64,000 nucleotides of DNA from Oligoflexales bacterium (GTDB lineage: Bacteria; Bdellovibrionota_B; Oligoflexia; Oligoflexales; CAIYRB01), in NCBI GenBank assembly GCA_041736175.1, contig JBGSUI010000126.1, positions 33,352-97,351 of the forward strand. The letters are read 5' to 3'. A model generated the notes under the pieces. That model did not search any database. It was not told the DNA's origin and saw only the letters and a program-made list of their open reading frames with translations. Positions 11,083-20,336 of the stretch are shown in pieces. The translations under genes were made by a program, and so were the position numbers. Numbering within the stretch: position 1 is the first letter of the stretch; each line of letters starts with the position of its first letter.

Positions 11083-12822
11083 ATGTCACAGGAACCTAGG
11101 ATTCAGGGATCCCACCGGAGAGATTTAAAATCCCCTCTAGAGCAGGGATTTACCACTAAAACCAAACCCTGGGCACTGCTGTCTGTGACCGACAAAAAGG
11201 GGCTTGTTGCGTTTGCTGGTGGACTCGTCCGCTTGGGCTACGGAATCCTCTCGACCGGAGGCACCGCTCAGACCTTGAAGGAGGCTGGGATCGAGGTCAA
11301 AGAAGTCGCTGATCACACCAAAAGCCCAGAGATCCTTGATGGCAGAGTCAAGACTCTGCATCCAAAGATCCATGGAGGCATTCTCTTTGACCGGCAAGAT
11401 CCGGACCATCTCAAGGAGCTGGCGGTTTTAGACATCGAGGCGATCGACATCGTTGTTGTGAATCTGTACCAGTTCGAAACAAAAGTTCCGGATATTAAAG
11501 TTCCCCTGGAAGAGGCGATTCATTCCATCGATGTGGGCGGACCCAGCATGCTGCGGGCTGCGGCCAAAAACAGTCTCTTTGTGACCACTCTGGTCGATCC
11601 CAATGACTACGACCGTGTCCTCAAAGCCCTTGAGACCGGAGGAGTGTCAGGAGTTCTTCGCCTTGAGTTAGCGGCTAAAGTCTTTGAAAAACTCTCCAGC
11701 TATGACGGCAAAATCGCCCACTATCTTCGGAGCCAATGGAGCCAAAAGACCCAGGCGCAGGTGACTCCGATTGAAACTGATAAGAATCGCGAGATGGAGC
11801 AGCCCTTTGCGCCCACCCTCCAAGAGACTCTAAGCCCGACTCCAGTCCCTCTGGTTCAGGCCTTGCGCTATGGTGAAAACGCCCAGCAAAAAGCCGCCCT
11901 TTTTGGCCGGCGGGAATGGGGAGGGTTTAGTGCTATGGATATCCTCCAGGGCAAAGAACTTTCCTATAATAATATCCTGGATCTCGACGCCGTGGTGCAG
12001 CTGACGGAAGAGTTTTGCGGCCAGGATGCCAATCTTCCACATCTGCCCCAAGCAGTCGTTGCGATCGTCAAACACACCAACCCTTGCGGCGTAGCGACCA
12101 GGGACGCGGGGTCCCGCCAACCTGGGGATCTAGCCGCACTTGTGGATAAGGCGCGGGCTTGTGATCCTAAATCAGCGTTTGGTGGGATCATCGCCACCAA
12201 TCAGACCATCGACCAAGGGGCTGCCCTGGCGATGACTGAGTTTTTTGTGGAATGCATCGTGGCCCCGCAGATTTCCGACGAAGCTCTCGCGGTCTTTAGC
12301 CGCAAACCCAACCTCAGGGTCATCAAGATGGCCTTGGGTCGCAGCAGCATAGGGCAACCGCCCCAAGTCAGGTCGGTCAAAGGTGGTATGCTCCTCCAGA
12401 CTGCAGATGATGCTCCTATCCTCCAAAAAACCTGGAAACTGGTTACGAAACGCCAAGGGGACTCAGTGATGATGGCCGACCTCCTGATGGCCGAAAAAGT
12501 CGCCAAACATGTCAAATCAAACGCCATCGTCCTGGTCAAAAACGGCCAAACCATTGGGATTGGGGCCGGCCAGATGTCGCGGATTGACGCTGCGTTTATG
12601 GCCATCAAAAAAGCCCAGGAAGCCGGGTTTGAAGTCTCTGGTGCGGTTTTGGGGAGCGACGCTTTTTTCCCTTTTGGGGATACGGTGGAGTTTGCCGCCC
12701 AGCATGGCATCAGTGGTCTGATCCAACCGGGAGGATCGGTCAAAGACCAGGAGTCAGTCCAAGCTGCCGATACCCACGGCCTTGTGATGGTCTTTACGGG
12801 CGTGCGGCACTTTCGACACTAG
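11083..12822 (+). CDS. purH: bifunctional AICAR formyltransferase / IMP cyclohydrolase
   Basis: ALLSVTDK, GRVKTLHPKIHGG, IDVGGP, LRYGEN, KHTNPCG, SDAFFPF, GVRHFRH. Confidence 0.98.
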   Translation: MSQEPRIQGSHRRDLKSPLEQGFTTKTKPWALLSVTDKKGLVAFAGGLVRLGYGILSTGGTAQTLKEAGIEVKEVADHTKSPEILDGRVKTLHPKIHGGILFDRQDPDHLKELAVLDIEAIDIVVVNLYQFETKVPDIKVPLEEAIHSIDVGGPSMLRAAAKNSLFVTTLVDPNDYDRVLKALETGGVSGVLRLELAAKVFEKLSSYDGKIAHYLRSQWSQKTQAQVTPIETDKNREMEQPFAPTLQETLSPTPVPLVQALRYGENAQQKAALFGRREWGGFSAMDILQGKELSYNNILDLDAVVQLTEEFCGQDANLPHLPQAVVAIVKHTNPCGVATRDAGSRQPGDLAALVDKARACDPKSAFGGIIATNQTIDQGAALAMTEFFVECIVAPQISDEALAVFSRKPNLRVIKMALGRSSIGQPPQVRSVKGGMLLQTADDAPILQKTWKLVTKRQGDSVMMADLLMAEKVAKHVKSNAIVLVKNGQTIGIGAGQMSRIDAAFMAIKKAQEAGFEVSGAVLGSDAFFPFGDTVEFAAQHGISGLIQPGGSVKDQESVQAADTHGLVMVFTGVRHFRH

Positions 12823-12823
12823 G

Positions 12824-13249
12824 TTAGGCGTCTTTTTCGCTGGTGACGGATTTAACATAGAGATAGGCTACAGCGGTGCCGATGGTATAGGTAAAGAGGC
12901 TAAAGGCACCTTGAAATTCCCCTACAAGGCGTAGACCAAACCCAAGCTGGCAAAACACCATCCCCGAGACAAAGAGCGCCAAGTTTAAAACCAAAGGATA
13001 GACAGGCTTGAGAAGTTCGCCCTTAAGGAGGCTGGCCACAAAGAGCAGCGCCGCTAGGACTTCGAGCGCGGCAATGGAATAGAAAGATAGGGTCAGTCCT
13101 GGAAAGCTGGCGAGGAAGGATTTCCCAAACTGGTCGATAAACCACTGGGGGACGCCTCCTCCTGCAAACTTGCCAAACCCAGCAAGGGTGAATGTGGTCA
13201 GAAAGAGCCCGTAGACGGGGAGGAGCTTTAAAAGGCGGCTAATGTTCAT
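12824..13249 (-). CDS. DoxX-like membrane protein
   Basis: Start placed at ATG 13249 (GGAG RBS); 4 hydrophobic segments; AGFGK...WF..QF.KSFL. Confidence 0.75.
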   Translation of the reverse strand: MNISRLLKLLPVYGLFLTTFTLAGFGKFAGGGVPQWFIDQFGKSFLASFPGLTLSFYSIAALEVLAALLFVASLLKGELLKPVYPLVLNLALFVSGMVFCQLGFGLRLVGEFQGAFSLFTYTIGTAVAYLYVKSVTSEKDA

Positions 13250-13369
13250 AATTTCTCCAATTTCAAGTTGTACAAAACCTTTGCGGTTGGTGTTTTGCCA
13301 AATTTTAGGGTTTTTGTCGATAATAATATTCGTAAGACTTGTTTTCGGGGAGGAAGGCTTCTTGATTCC

Positions 13370-13389
13370 ATGTCTTATTTGTGAGACAT
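13370..13389. promoter_or_regulatory. palindromic operator overlapping the higBA promoter
   Basis: ATGTCTTA-N4-TGAGACAT between a TTGATT -35-like hexamer and the GGAGG RBS. Confidence 0.6.
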
Positions 13390-13396
13390 TGGAGGT

Positions 13397-13714
13397 ATGA
13401 TTGAGGTCATCAAAGCTTGCGAAAAAGAAATAGCGGCGCTGCCGCAGATCGTCCGCGAGGATCTGGCTGATGCCCTCGCTCGATTGGATGCCGGCCTTAC
13501 TTTGGCAATGCCCCTTTCTCGACCGATGCCTGATATCGGGCGAGGCGTTCACGAGCTGCGGTTGCGTGACCGTAGTGGTATCTATCGAGTTTTCTATTTC
13601 ATTCGCTCACGGGGAACGATCTTCCTCCTGCATGCCATGTGGAAGAAAACGCAAGCAACGCCGCTTCAGACCATAAAACTTGTCAAAAAGCGCCTCCAGG
13701 AGGTTTTGCCATGA
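13397..13714 (+). CDS. RelE/ParE-family toxin (HigB-like)
   Basis: MPLSRPM..IG.GVHELRLRDRSGIYRVFY...IFLLHAMWKKTQATP. Confidence 0.92.
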   Translation: MIEVIKACEKEIAALPQIVREDLADALARLDAGLTLAMPLSRPMPDIGRGVHELRLRDRSGIYRVFYFIRSRGTIFLLHAMWKKTQATPLQTIKLVKKRLQEVLP

Positions 13715-13992
13715 AGAAGATGAAAACCAGTGAGCTAGCTAAGAGGCTCAACATCAGCCCTAGTCGCGCCCTCGAAGCGGTCATCAAAGCCCAATTGATT
13801 GCGGCTATCGTAAAGGCAGCTCAAAAGAAAGGGCTCACCCACGAGATCTTGTCGGAGCGCTCAGGGCTGCCGCGCAGCGCTGTAACCGGCATCTTGTCGG
13901 GCAGCGTTCAGAAGGTGACGATCAATCGGGTCTTGAAACTCGTAGAAGCTGCGGGTCTAGTGGCCGAGGTAAAAGTCAAGGACGCAGCTTAG
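13711..13992 (+). CDS. XRE-type HTH antitoxin (HigA-like)
   Basis: ATGA overlap with the toxin; LTHEILSERSGLPRSAVTGILSG HTH. Confidence 0.88.
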   Translation: MKKMKTSELAKRLNISPSRALEAVIKAQLIAAIVKAAQKKGLTHEILSERSGLPRSAVTGILSGSVQKVTINRVLKLVEAAGLVAEVKVKDAA

Positions 13993-14059
13993 GCCCTGCT
14001 TAACAATAACTTACTGATTTGCATGCCAAAGCATTGCAAAGCACTTGTTGTAGACCACC

Positions 14060-14129
14060 GCGTCATCCCAAGCCAAGCGAAGGATCTGTCTGATATCATT
14101 GAGATCAATCGCTTCGCTCATGATGACGC
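14060..14129. repeat. REP-like palindromic element
   Basis: GCGTCATCCCAAGCCAAGCGAAGGATCT...AGATCAATCGCTTCGCTCATGATGACGC forms a long imperfect hairpin of the GTCATCC.GAGCG.AGCGAAGGATCT type. Confidence 0.75.
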
Positions 14130-14332
14130 AAGGTGTTTTTTCCGTACTTGTTGAGAAGGTACCCTAGACCTTCTGAAAATCCGAAAAGGGTTCTAAAATA
14201 TTTAGATTTGCCCGCAAATTTAGGGGCAAATATTACTATAGCTCCACTACGGTTGCTTGCCACATCCTTCCCCAGTCTTATCGTACTTTCCTGACAGAAT
14301 AGCCTCTTTGCCACCTGGTATTCTTTCCCAGT

Positions 14333-15052
14333 CTAGGGCGCGGTTCTCTTTACAGGTGGATGTGATTTATCTTTACAGTCACGGTTATTGTCTGTGCATT
14401 CTACCCACGTCACATTCCCGCTCGACTTATCAAATTGACATTGGTAAGACAAGTTAAGGAACTCCGACGGGGTCAATAAGTAAGAAGTGTTACATCGATG
14501 ATCTCCGCTTGCGCCTATTTGAAACCAAGGTGTAGTCCTTATTGCAATCCTCCCAGGAGGTTGGTAATAACATGCAATTTTGCAATTATATTCCTCGGTC
14601 ATCCATAAGTCTTTCTGTTTTTTCAATTCTGCCTTGCACAGGGTCTCGGATTTGCTCGTAATGTTACAAGACCTTTTCGGGTGGGAAATTCCCTTGTCAT
14701 TACAGAGAAGGCCATCATCTCTCATATCTTCGCACTTTTCGTAGCATTTATCTCCTAAAGGACCGGTCCAACCCCCGGGACAGCTATTATCACAGCTTAT
14801 TTTGTTTACAGTCTCTTTTGGCAATCCCCCGAAGCGATAATCTATGCATTCTCCTGTATCCGGATAGCCACTTGGATTGCTGTAGCGGCTGGCAGTCAAA
14901 CTAGAACTATCAGTCAAATCATCACCCATCTTGCTATTACCGCTCTTGCAACCAAATGTTGCCGTTAAGAGTAAAGCGGTGCAAAGTGGTGCAAAGCGTC
15001 GTAAACCATTCAGCACTCCTATAACATTTTTGCTCATTCTTACAGTTTTCAT
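14333..15052 (-). CDS. cysteine-rich secreted lipoprotein
   Basis: TFGC lipobox; 14 further Cys in the mature part. Confidence 0.75.
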   Translation of the reverse strand: MKTVRMSKNVIGVLNGLRRFAPLCTALLLTATFGCKSGNSKMGDDLTDSSSLTASRYSNPSGYPDTGECIDYRFGGLPKETVNKISCDNSCPGGWTGPLGDKCYEKCEDMRDDGLLCNDKGISHPKRSCNITSKSETLCKAELKKQKDLWMTEEYNCKIACYYQPPGRIAIRTTPWFQIGASGDHRCNTSYLLTPSEFLNLSYQCQFDKSSGNVTWVECTDNNRDCKDKSHPPVKRTAP

Positions 15053-15110
15053 GATAACTTGCCCTTTCGTGTTTAAATAATTATTAGTTTATCTATTGCA
15101 CCTAACCTAA

Positions 15111-15126
15111 TGCATAAGATGTGCCA
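15111..15126 (-). promoter_or_regulatory. sigma54 -24/-12 promoter
   Basis: TGGCAC-ATCTT-ATGCA with correct GG-N10-GC spacing, about 60 bp upstream of the Cys-rich lipoprotein. Confidence 0.62.
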
Positions 15127-15250
15127 TCGTATACAAGCTGCACTTATTTAAACTGTATCCTAGTTTTCAAGGCAAAAATGATACCTTGCTGCCGTTACGG
15201 ATTGTATGCAAGTTTACCAAATGTCAAAACATTCCTTAGTTGACCAAGAT

Positions 15251-15455
15251 TTTGCCGACCAGGCGAATTCACAGGGGGACAACGACTGCGTGGAATGAGT
15301 GAGCACCAGGGAGGACAAACATCCATCACCAAGAGATAGGTCCCAAAACCCCATTTAAATTCCTGGGTTTTGAAGTACGCTGGATCAAAGGCCGCAATGG
15401 CCGTCTGAGGCCAGTGTACAACCCGCGATTAGACCGCATTATCGAAAATAAATAG
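15251..15455 (+). pseudogene. group II intron-type reverse transcriptase remnant
   Basis: 15351-15455 reads PFKFLGFEVRWIKGRNGRLRPVYNPR (RT7 FLGF-like); a frameshifted GMSEH...TSITK segment and an FAD triplet lie upstream. Confidence 0.5.
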
Positions 15456-15477
15456 GTATGTTAAAATTGTGTTCTGG

Positions 15478-15501
15478 GAGAATGCTCATTTGAGCGTTCT
15501 C
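15478..15501. promoter_or_regulatory. palindromic operator upstream of the hip locus
   Basis: GAGAATGCTCA-TT-TGAGCGTTCTC, 10 of 11 arm positions matching. Confidence 0.6.
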
Positions 15502-15525
15502 TGAGAAAATGAAAGGATCACAAAC

Positions 15526-15598
15526 TTGAAGTGCTTAGGGTGTCTGCCTCCTGGACCTGGTAAGCCGACGTTTTGAGGAAATCCTCCTATGGAAATAA
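15526..15598 (+). pseudogene. scar of an internally deleted HipA/HipT-like kinase gene
   Basis: AAGGA RBS plus TTG gives MKCLGCL, joined out of frame to LLDLVSRRFEEILLWK*, whose stop overlaps the HipA-N gene start. Confidence 0.5.
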
Positions 15599-16224
15599 AA
15601 GTATTATGCCAATTCCCCCGAAAGCGACTCAGCGTAGGTATTTTAAAGTACGACGACAGTGAGTTTACCTTTGCCTATGATCTTGCTTGGCTAAATTATA
15701 AATATAATTTGCCCTTAGGTCCTGATCTCCCTTTACATACGAAAGAATATCGATCTGCGACCCTCTTTCAGTCGTTTGCTCGGAGAATTCCTCCGCGCAA
15801 CTCCGAAAATTACGCCCGCTACGCTAAGGATTGTGGAATCAGTATTAACGAGAAAGATCCCATGATACTGCTCGGCACAGTGGCTCATATGGGAGCGTCG
15901 TCTTTTGTCTTCGAACTTGATTATAGCCAAGAACGCCAGGAGTATGTCTTGGTAAACATCCAGCGACTTGTTGACAGTCTCTCTTTTGAGATCGTAGCAG
16001 CAGGCTTTGGAGTCAACAAAACAGGTCTTTTTAAGCTCTTAAAAAAAGCTGTACAGCCTGAGAATTCAAACATCTATGATCTACTCGAAGTCTGTTTTTT
16101 CAACCGGCAAGCAGGGGTGTGGAAAATCAAACAGTCGCTCCTTGCACCCGACAATATGAAACACAAGCTGACCAAGGCCTTTTTGACTGTATTGGATGAG
16201 AATCCCTTTCGCAGGGAAACCTAG
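15589..16224 (+). CDS. HipA N-terminal domain protein with C-terminal HTH-like region
   Basis: VGILKY...FTFAYD..WL...LPLGPDLPL...Y.S..LF.SF..RIP; C-terminal LSFEIVAAGFGVNKTGL is HTH-like. Confidence 0.8.
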   Translation: MEIKVLCQFPRKRLSVGILKYDDSEFTFAYDLAWLNYKYNLPLGPDLPLHTKEYRSATLFQSFARRIPPRNSENYARYAKDCGISINEKDPMILLGTVAHMGASSFVFELDYSQERQEYVLVNIQRLVDSLSFEIVAAGFGVNKTGLFKLLKKAVQPENSNIYDLLEVCFFNRQAGVWKIKQSLLAPDNMKHKLTKAFLTVLDENPFRRET

Positions 16225-16366
16225 GTCATCCAATTTTAGACCAAGCAACAACAGATCTACAATGTTTGGAAAGCCCTTGCGACCCCTGCAATCTTGGTGT
16301 TAAAACCCCTATAGTCGTAACGTCACCGCTATCACAAATCTCCTGATTGTTAGGTTTTTAAATACC

Positions 16367-19084
16367 ATGGTTCATCCCAAGATCTTAGAGCGTCTTAGTC
16401 ATTGGTTTGTCGTCTCAACTGCTTTGGGGGCTCTCGCAGGCAATCCCCTCCCAGGGATCGCCCAAGGGTCGCCGCCAAAGGGGGCCGGATCCTCCGAAAT
16501 GGAGCTCTTTGGTGACCTCTTTAGGCATGATGGTGGGTTCCCTATCCATGGCGATCCGAGTGGCGATCAAAGAGATCTCATCGAAATTAAAAATCAATTT
16601 TTAGGAGACGATCCCCGCTACCGTGCGATTCCCATAGACGTAGTCCATTACGGAATCAATCTGGATGTCAATCACCTTACCAGCGAAATCCAGGGACAAG
16701 TGCAGGTGGATTTTGTGGCCACTAAGTCAGGGGTCGCAGGCATCTCGCTTGATGCAAAGGAGCTGAGAATCCTCCGTGTCCAGGGTGAAACAGCAGAGAC
16801 CCTGACTTTTAACCAAGAAGGCGATCTCCTTAATATTCAACTTAAAACACTACTGGGTAAGGGCCAATCTTCTTCCGTGACAGTGGTCTACCAGACCATA
16901 GCGCCCCAGAGCCTTCATCTCACCGGACCCGATGCCTCGAGTCCTGAGCGTATGGCCGCGGCCTATACCTATACCCAGCCCGAGGAAACTCCAGCGTGGA
17001 TGCCCTGTATCGACCGGCCTGATGACAAAGCTTCGATGGAAATTGAAGTCAGAGTTGCAGAAGGTCTCAGCGTCCTTAGTAATGGAAAGCTCCTGTCATC
17101 AACCTCTGAAAAGGGTAAATCACGCTGGGTTTACCGCATGGACGAACCCATCGCCCCCTACTTGATCAGTCTCGCTATCGGATCCTACCAGCGGCTGTCT
17201 CTGGGAGATTTCCGAGGCAAACCTCTCCAGTTGTGGACGCCCCCTGCACACGCCCAGGCTTCCTTGCGGGAGACTGCAAATACTCGGCAGATGATGGAGA
17301 TCTTTTCGAACTTTACGGGAGTGGAGTATCCCTTTGGGAGCTACTCCCAATCCGTGGCAGAAACTTATCGAGGGTCCATGGAGCACCAGACCGCTACGAC
17401 GATGGGTGGGGTGAGGATGTCGGGGGACGGGAGCGGTGAAGGTGTGGTGGCCCATGAGTTAGCCCACCAATGGTTTGGCGACTGGGTGACCTGTCGCACC
17501 TGGGGCGAGTTGTGGCTTAATGAGGGGTTTGCCAGCTATCTGCCCTATGTTTATGCCGAGAAAGCTGGACAACCCCTTCGGGAGTTAGGGCAGCTGGATT
17601 CCTGGCGTCAGGGATATTTTAAAGAGGCCAAAACCAAAGCCCGCGCCCTATCGGAAAGCGATCCTGTGGTCGATACGATCTTTGATTCCCATGCCTACGA
17701 TAAAGGGGCCTTGGTGATTCATCTTATGCGCGCACTGGCTCAGTCTAACCTCGCTGATCGCGAGGGTTTGACAGAAGCCCTAAAACTCTACCTCACCCGC
17801 CATGGACGCGGCAACGCCACCAACTGGGATTTGCAACGGGCCTTAGAGGAGACGACAGGAGAGTCGTGGCAACTGTTTTTTGACCAATGGGTCCGGTCTC
17901 CAGGGCATCCACGGCTTGCCATCAATTATTCTAACCGGACGACCGCCAACGGCCTAGAGCTAGTGCTCAACCTGCGACAGACCCAAACAACTCCCAACCA
18001 GACCAACCCCGAAACTCCCCCAGCAGAGGGCCATGTGGATCTTTCACCATGGCGGACTTTTACGTTTCCTCTGGAAGTAGAGCTTTTGGATGAGTTTGGC
18101 CAAATCAAGACGGTCTCTCTGGATGTTTATGCCGAAGAGCAGCAGTTTGTGCTGCCCCGCTCCCACCCTGTCGTGGGGGTCGGCGTCGATCCTCGGTGGT
18201 TGGTGCCCGTGGAAGTCACCTTAGACCAGGGTGCAGATGCTTGGCTTCACATCTTGCGGAGCTCACTTAATACCCCAAGCCGCTTGGCGGCTCTTCGTAG
18301 CCTGGCCCAGCTAAAGGTTTTAGCCCCGTCCCATCCCCAAGGACAAACGGCTTTTAATTTAATCCTAGGGGACCAAGATCCCTACATTAAGATTCAAGCC
18401 CTCGAAATCCTCATCCAAACCACTCCCGATTCCCCCTCGGCCGAGCTGTTGGCTTGGACCAAAACTCTGATCGAATCTCTCCGGGCCTTAAATCTTAAGG
18501 ACTACCAGACCACTGGAGCTCTTGCCCGGGGACTTGAATGGCTGGTGACCAAGGCTCTAGTTCCACCGACCCCTCAAGAGGAAGCCCGATGGCAAGAGGC
18601 TTTTTTAAAAGCCTCTTCCGTTGCCGAACGTTTCGCCTATCTCCGGATGCTCCATGTGGCCTCGGTTCCACGGACCCAAGAGTTTATCAAGGCGCGGCTC
18701 GGGGAATCCAGGTGGGTCACCCAAGACCGTAGCAATATGGTGAGTGAGCTGCTACGATTTCCTACTGAACTAAGCTTGGGTGTGTTGGGAGATCTTCTTC
18801 AAACCTCCCAAAACAGTCTTTTTCCCGCCCTGGTATTTGCAGAGGGGATTTCCAAAAAATGGGATCAGCCGGCCCTGGTCAAGCCCAGTTTGACCTTATT
18901 GTCTCACCACACTAAACAGAGTGTCGCTAAGCAAGCTCTTACGTTTTTATCGGGTCAAGACTCCAGCCGAGAAGAGATTTGTACCAAAATCAGCCCTTGG
19001 CTTACCCAACCACCGGCGTCATTGCGGGTCTTGTCTAAAGAGTTAGGAGAGGTCTTAGTCCGCTTGAAATGTGGCTCCACGTAA
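16367..19084 (+). CDS. secreted M1 family aminopeptidase with helical (HEAT-like) C-terminus
   Basis: GSMEH (GAMEN variant), HELAHQWFGD...WLNEGFA, YDKGA; signal peptide. Confidence 0.93.
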   Translation: MVHPKILERLSHWFVVSTALGALAGNPLPGIAQGSPPKGAGSSEMELFGDLFRHDGGFPIHGDPSGDQRDLIEIKNQFLGDDPRYRAIPIDVVHYGINLDVNHLTSEIQGQVQVDFVATKSGVAGISLDAKELRILRVQGETAETLTFNQEGDLLNIQLKTLLGKGQSSSVTVVYQTIAPQSLHLTGPDASSPERMAAAYTYTQPEETPAWMPCIDRPDDKASMEIEVRVAEGLSVLSNGKLLSSTSEKGKSRWVYRMDEPIAPYLISLAIGSYQRLSLGDFRGKPLQLWTPPAHAQASLRETANTRQMMEIFSNFTGVEYPFGSYSQSVAETYRGSMEHQTATTMGGVRMSGDGSGEGVVAHELAHQWFGDWVTCRTWGELWLNEGFASYLPYVYAEKAGQPLRELGQLDSWRQGYFKEAKTKARALSESDPVVDTIFDSHAYDKGALVIHLMRALAQSNLADREGLTEALKLYLTRHGRGNATNWDLQRALEETTGESWQLFFDQWVRSPGHPRLAINYSNRTTANGLELVLNLRQTQTTPNQTNPETPPAEGHVDLSPWRTFTFPLEVELLDEFGQIKTVSLDVYAEEQQFVLPRSHPVVGVGVDPRWLVPVEVTLDQGADAWLHILRSSLNTPSRLAALRSLAQLKVLAPSHPQGQTAFNLILGDQDPYIKIQALEILIQTTPDSPSAELLAWTKTLIESLRALNLKDYQTTGALARGLEWLVTKALVPPTPQEEARWQEAFLKASSVAERFAYLRMLHVASVPRTQEFIKARLGESRWVTQDRSNMVSELLRFPTELSLGVLGDLLQTSQNSLFPALVFAEGISKKWDQPALVKPSLTLLSHHTKQSVAKQALTFLSGQDSSREEICTKISPWLTQPPASLRVLSKELGEVLVRLKCGST

Positions 19085-19133
19085 TCGGAGGTCGTGATTT
19101 ATTGTTGAATGATTCCCAATATAGCGCTTTGTT

Positions 19134-19149
19134 TGGTCTCAATCTTGCT
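19134..19149 (+). promoter_or_regulatory. sigma54 -24/-12 promoter
   Basis: TGGTCT-CAATC-TTGCT with correct spacing, about 100 bp upstream of ATG 19250. Confidence 0.5.
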
Positions 19150-19249
19150 GGGTAGTCCAACAAGTAAGGCTGTGGCAAAGTGCCGTGGCGAGATTGTTTG
19201 GGTATCAATAAAAACGGCCGTGAAAAAAGCCAAAACAGGTGTAAAAAAA

Positions 19250-20242
19250 ATGAGCAAATTGAAAAATCTTCAATCAAAGGTTGTGATTGTGGGGGTGCTC
19301 TCACTAATCGGCTGCGGTAAAAACTCGAATCATTCGAGTGAGGCAGCCGTAGCAGATGGCATAAGCAGTCCGGGTGCCGACACCAAGACGTGGTGGTCCA
19401 AAGGTGTGACGTCGACCCGTCTGTTACATAAAGCGGATATTAAGGTTGAGAGGGTTGAAGGTGGCTGGTTTAGTGATCCAATGCTAAAAGTTCAAATGGA
19501 AGTGCTATTGAACGTTCCGGGTGAACCGGCTGATAAGATTGTAAGTATTTTTCCAAAGTCTGGGAATAACTGGAGTCAAGGTGACAAACCCCTGAGCGAA
19601 TTGGGCAAGGCATTTAACGATTTCGAGCCTAAATTTGTCAAAAAAATAAATAACGGTCGTGAGTTATGGTCGGCTCATAAAGAAGTCCAAGTCAAGGATG
19701 TTTGGAGCGGAAGGAACAATTATCCTGTCCAAAAACTCCTCTTCAGCGTAACGACCAAATCTAGCGGTCACGAAGTGGCTGCTGAAATGCTAACCTTGGA
19801 CCTCAGGGAGTCCGGGGTTGTCATGACTTCAGAGGTTTGGCAAAATGGTCATACCTGGGATAAATCTGCTTCGAAGTTGTGTGTTGAAGCCATCGGCAGA
19901 ACAAATTGGGCTGAGTCACAAGGCGAGCTTGTATACCGAGTCGAAGGCAGCAATGAAACGCAGACGGAAAAGTTGGTACTGACTGATCCAAATGGGCTGT
20001 ATAACGCTCATCCATACACGAATCCAAAAGGCAAATTTATCAATACAGAAAACGATAAAAGTTATCTCGTGATGTACAAAGCCTGTATTCCCATTAATAA
20101 GTGCGTCAACTACGTCTTGCGCCATAAGCGCGGCGAAGCGGAGTTACTCGGTTACCCTTATAGCTTGGACGACAATTTTGGTGAAACCTACCGCTACTGC
20201 CCGGTAACCGCGGCAATGGGTGATGGCGAAGCCAGTATCTGA
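19250..20242 (+). CDS. hypothetical lipoprotein
   Basis: MSKLK...LSLIGC lipobox from ATG 19250; beta-rich; C-terminal LDDNFGETY. Confidence 0.75.
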   Translation: MSKLKNLQSKVVIVGVLSLIGCGKNSNHSSEAAVADGISSPGADTKTWWSKGVTSTRLLHKADIKVERVEGGWFSDPMLKVQMEVLLNVPGEPADKIVSIFPKSGNNWSQGDKPLSELGKAFNDFEPKFVKKINNGRELWSAHKEVQVKDVWSGRNNYPVQKLLFSVTTKSSGHEVAAEMLTLDLRESGVVMTSEVWQNGHTWDKSASKLCVEAIGRTNWAESQGELVYRVEGSNETQTEKLVLTDPNGLYNAHPYTNPKGKFINTENDKSYLVMYKACIPINKCVNYVLRHKRGEAELLGYPYSLDDNFGETYRYCPVTAAMGDGEASI

Positions 20243-20336
20243 ATCAGACAGCATTAGACAGTCTAGATCAGAAGGGGACCCGAGATTTTCCACTCAAGGA
20301 AAAAGTACTCGCGTCCCCTTCCAGAGTCTCTTTAAA

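Noticed and set aside
13250..13552. N-terminal extension of the 242-aa ORF 12824..13552
   Set aside because: It is antisense to the HigB-like toxin; the DoxX-like protein has its own RBS and start at 13249.
13993..14060. possible integron attC site after higA (TAAC near the stop)
   Set aside because: No matching GTTRRRY box with L-box symmetry, no repeated sites after neighbouring genes, and no integrase in the window.
19109..19249. upstream in-frame start of the 377-aa ORF
   Set aside because: The lipobox fits a start at 19250, and the extension overlaps a sigma54-like promoter.
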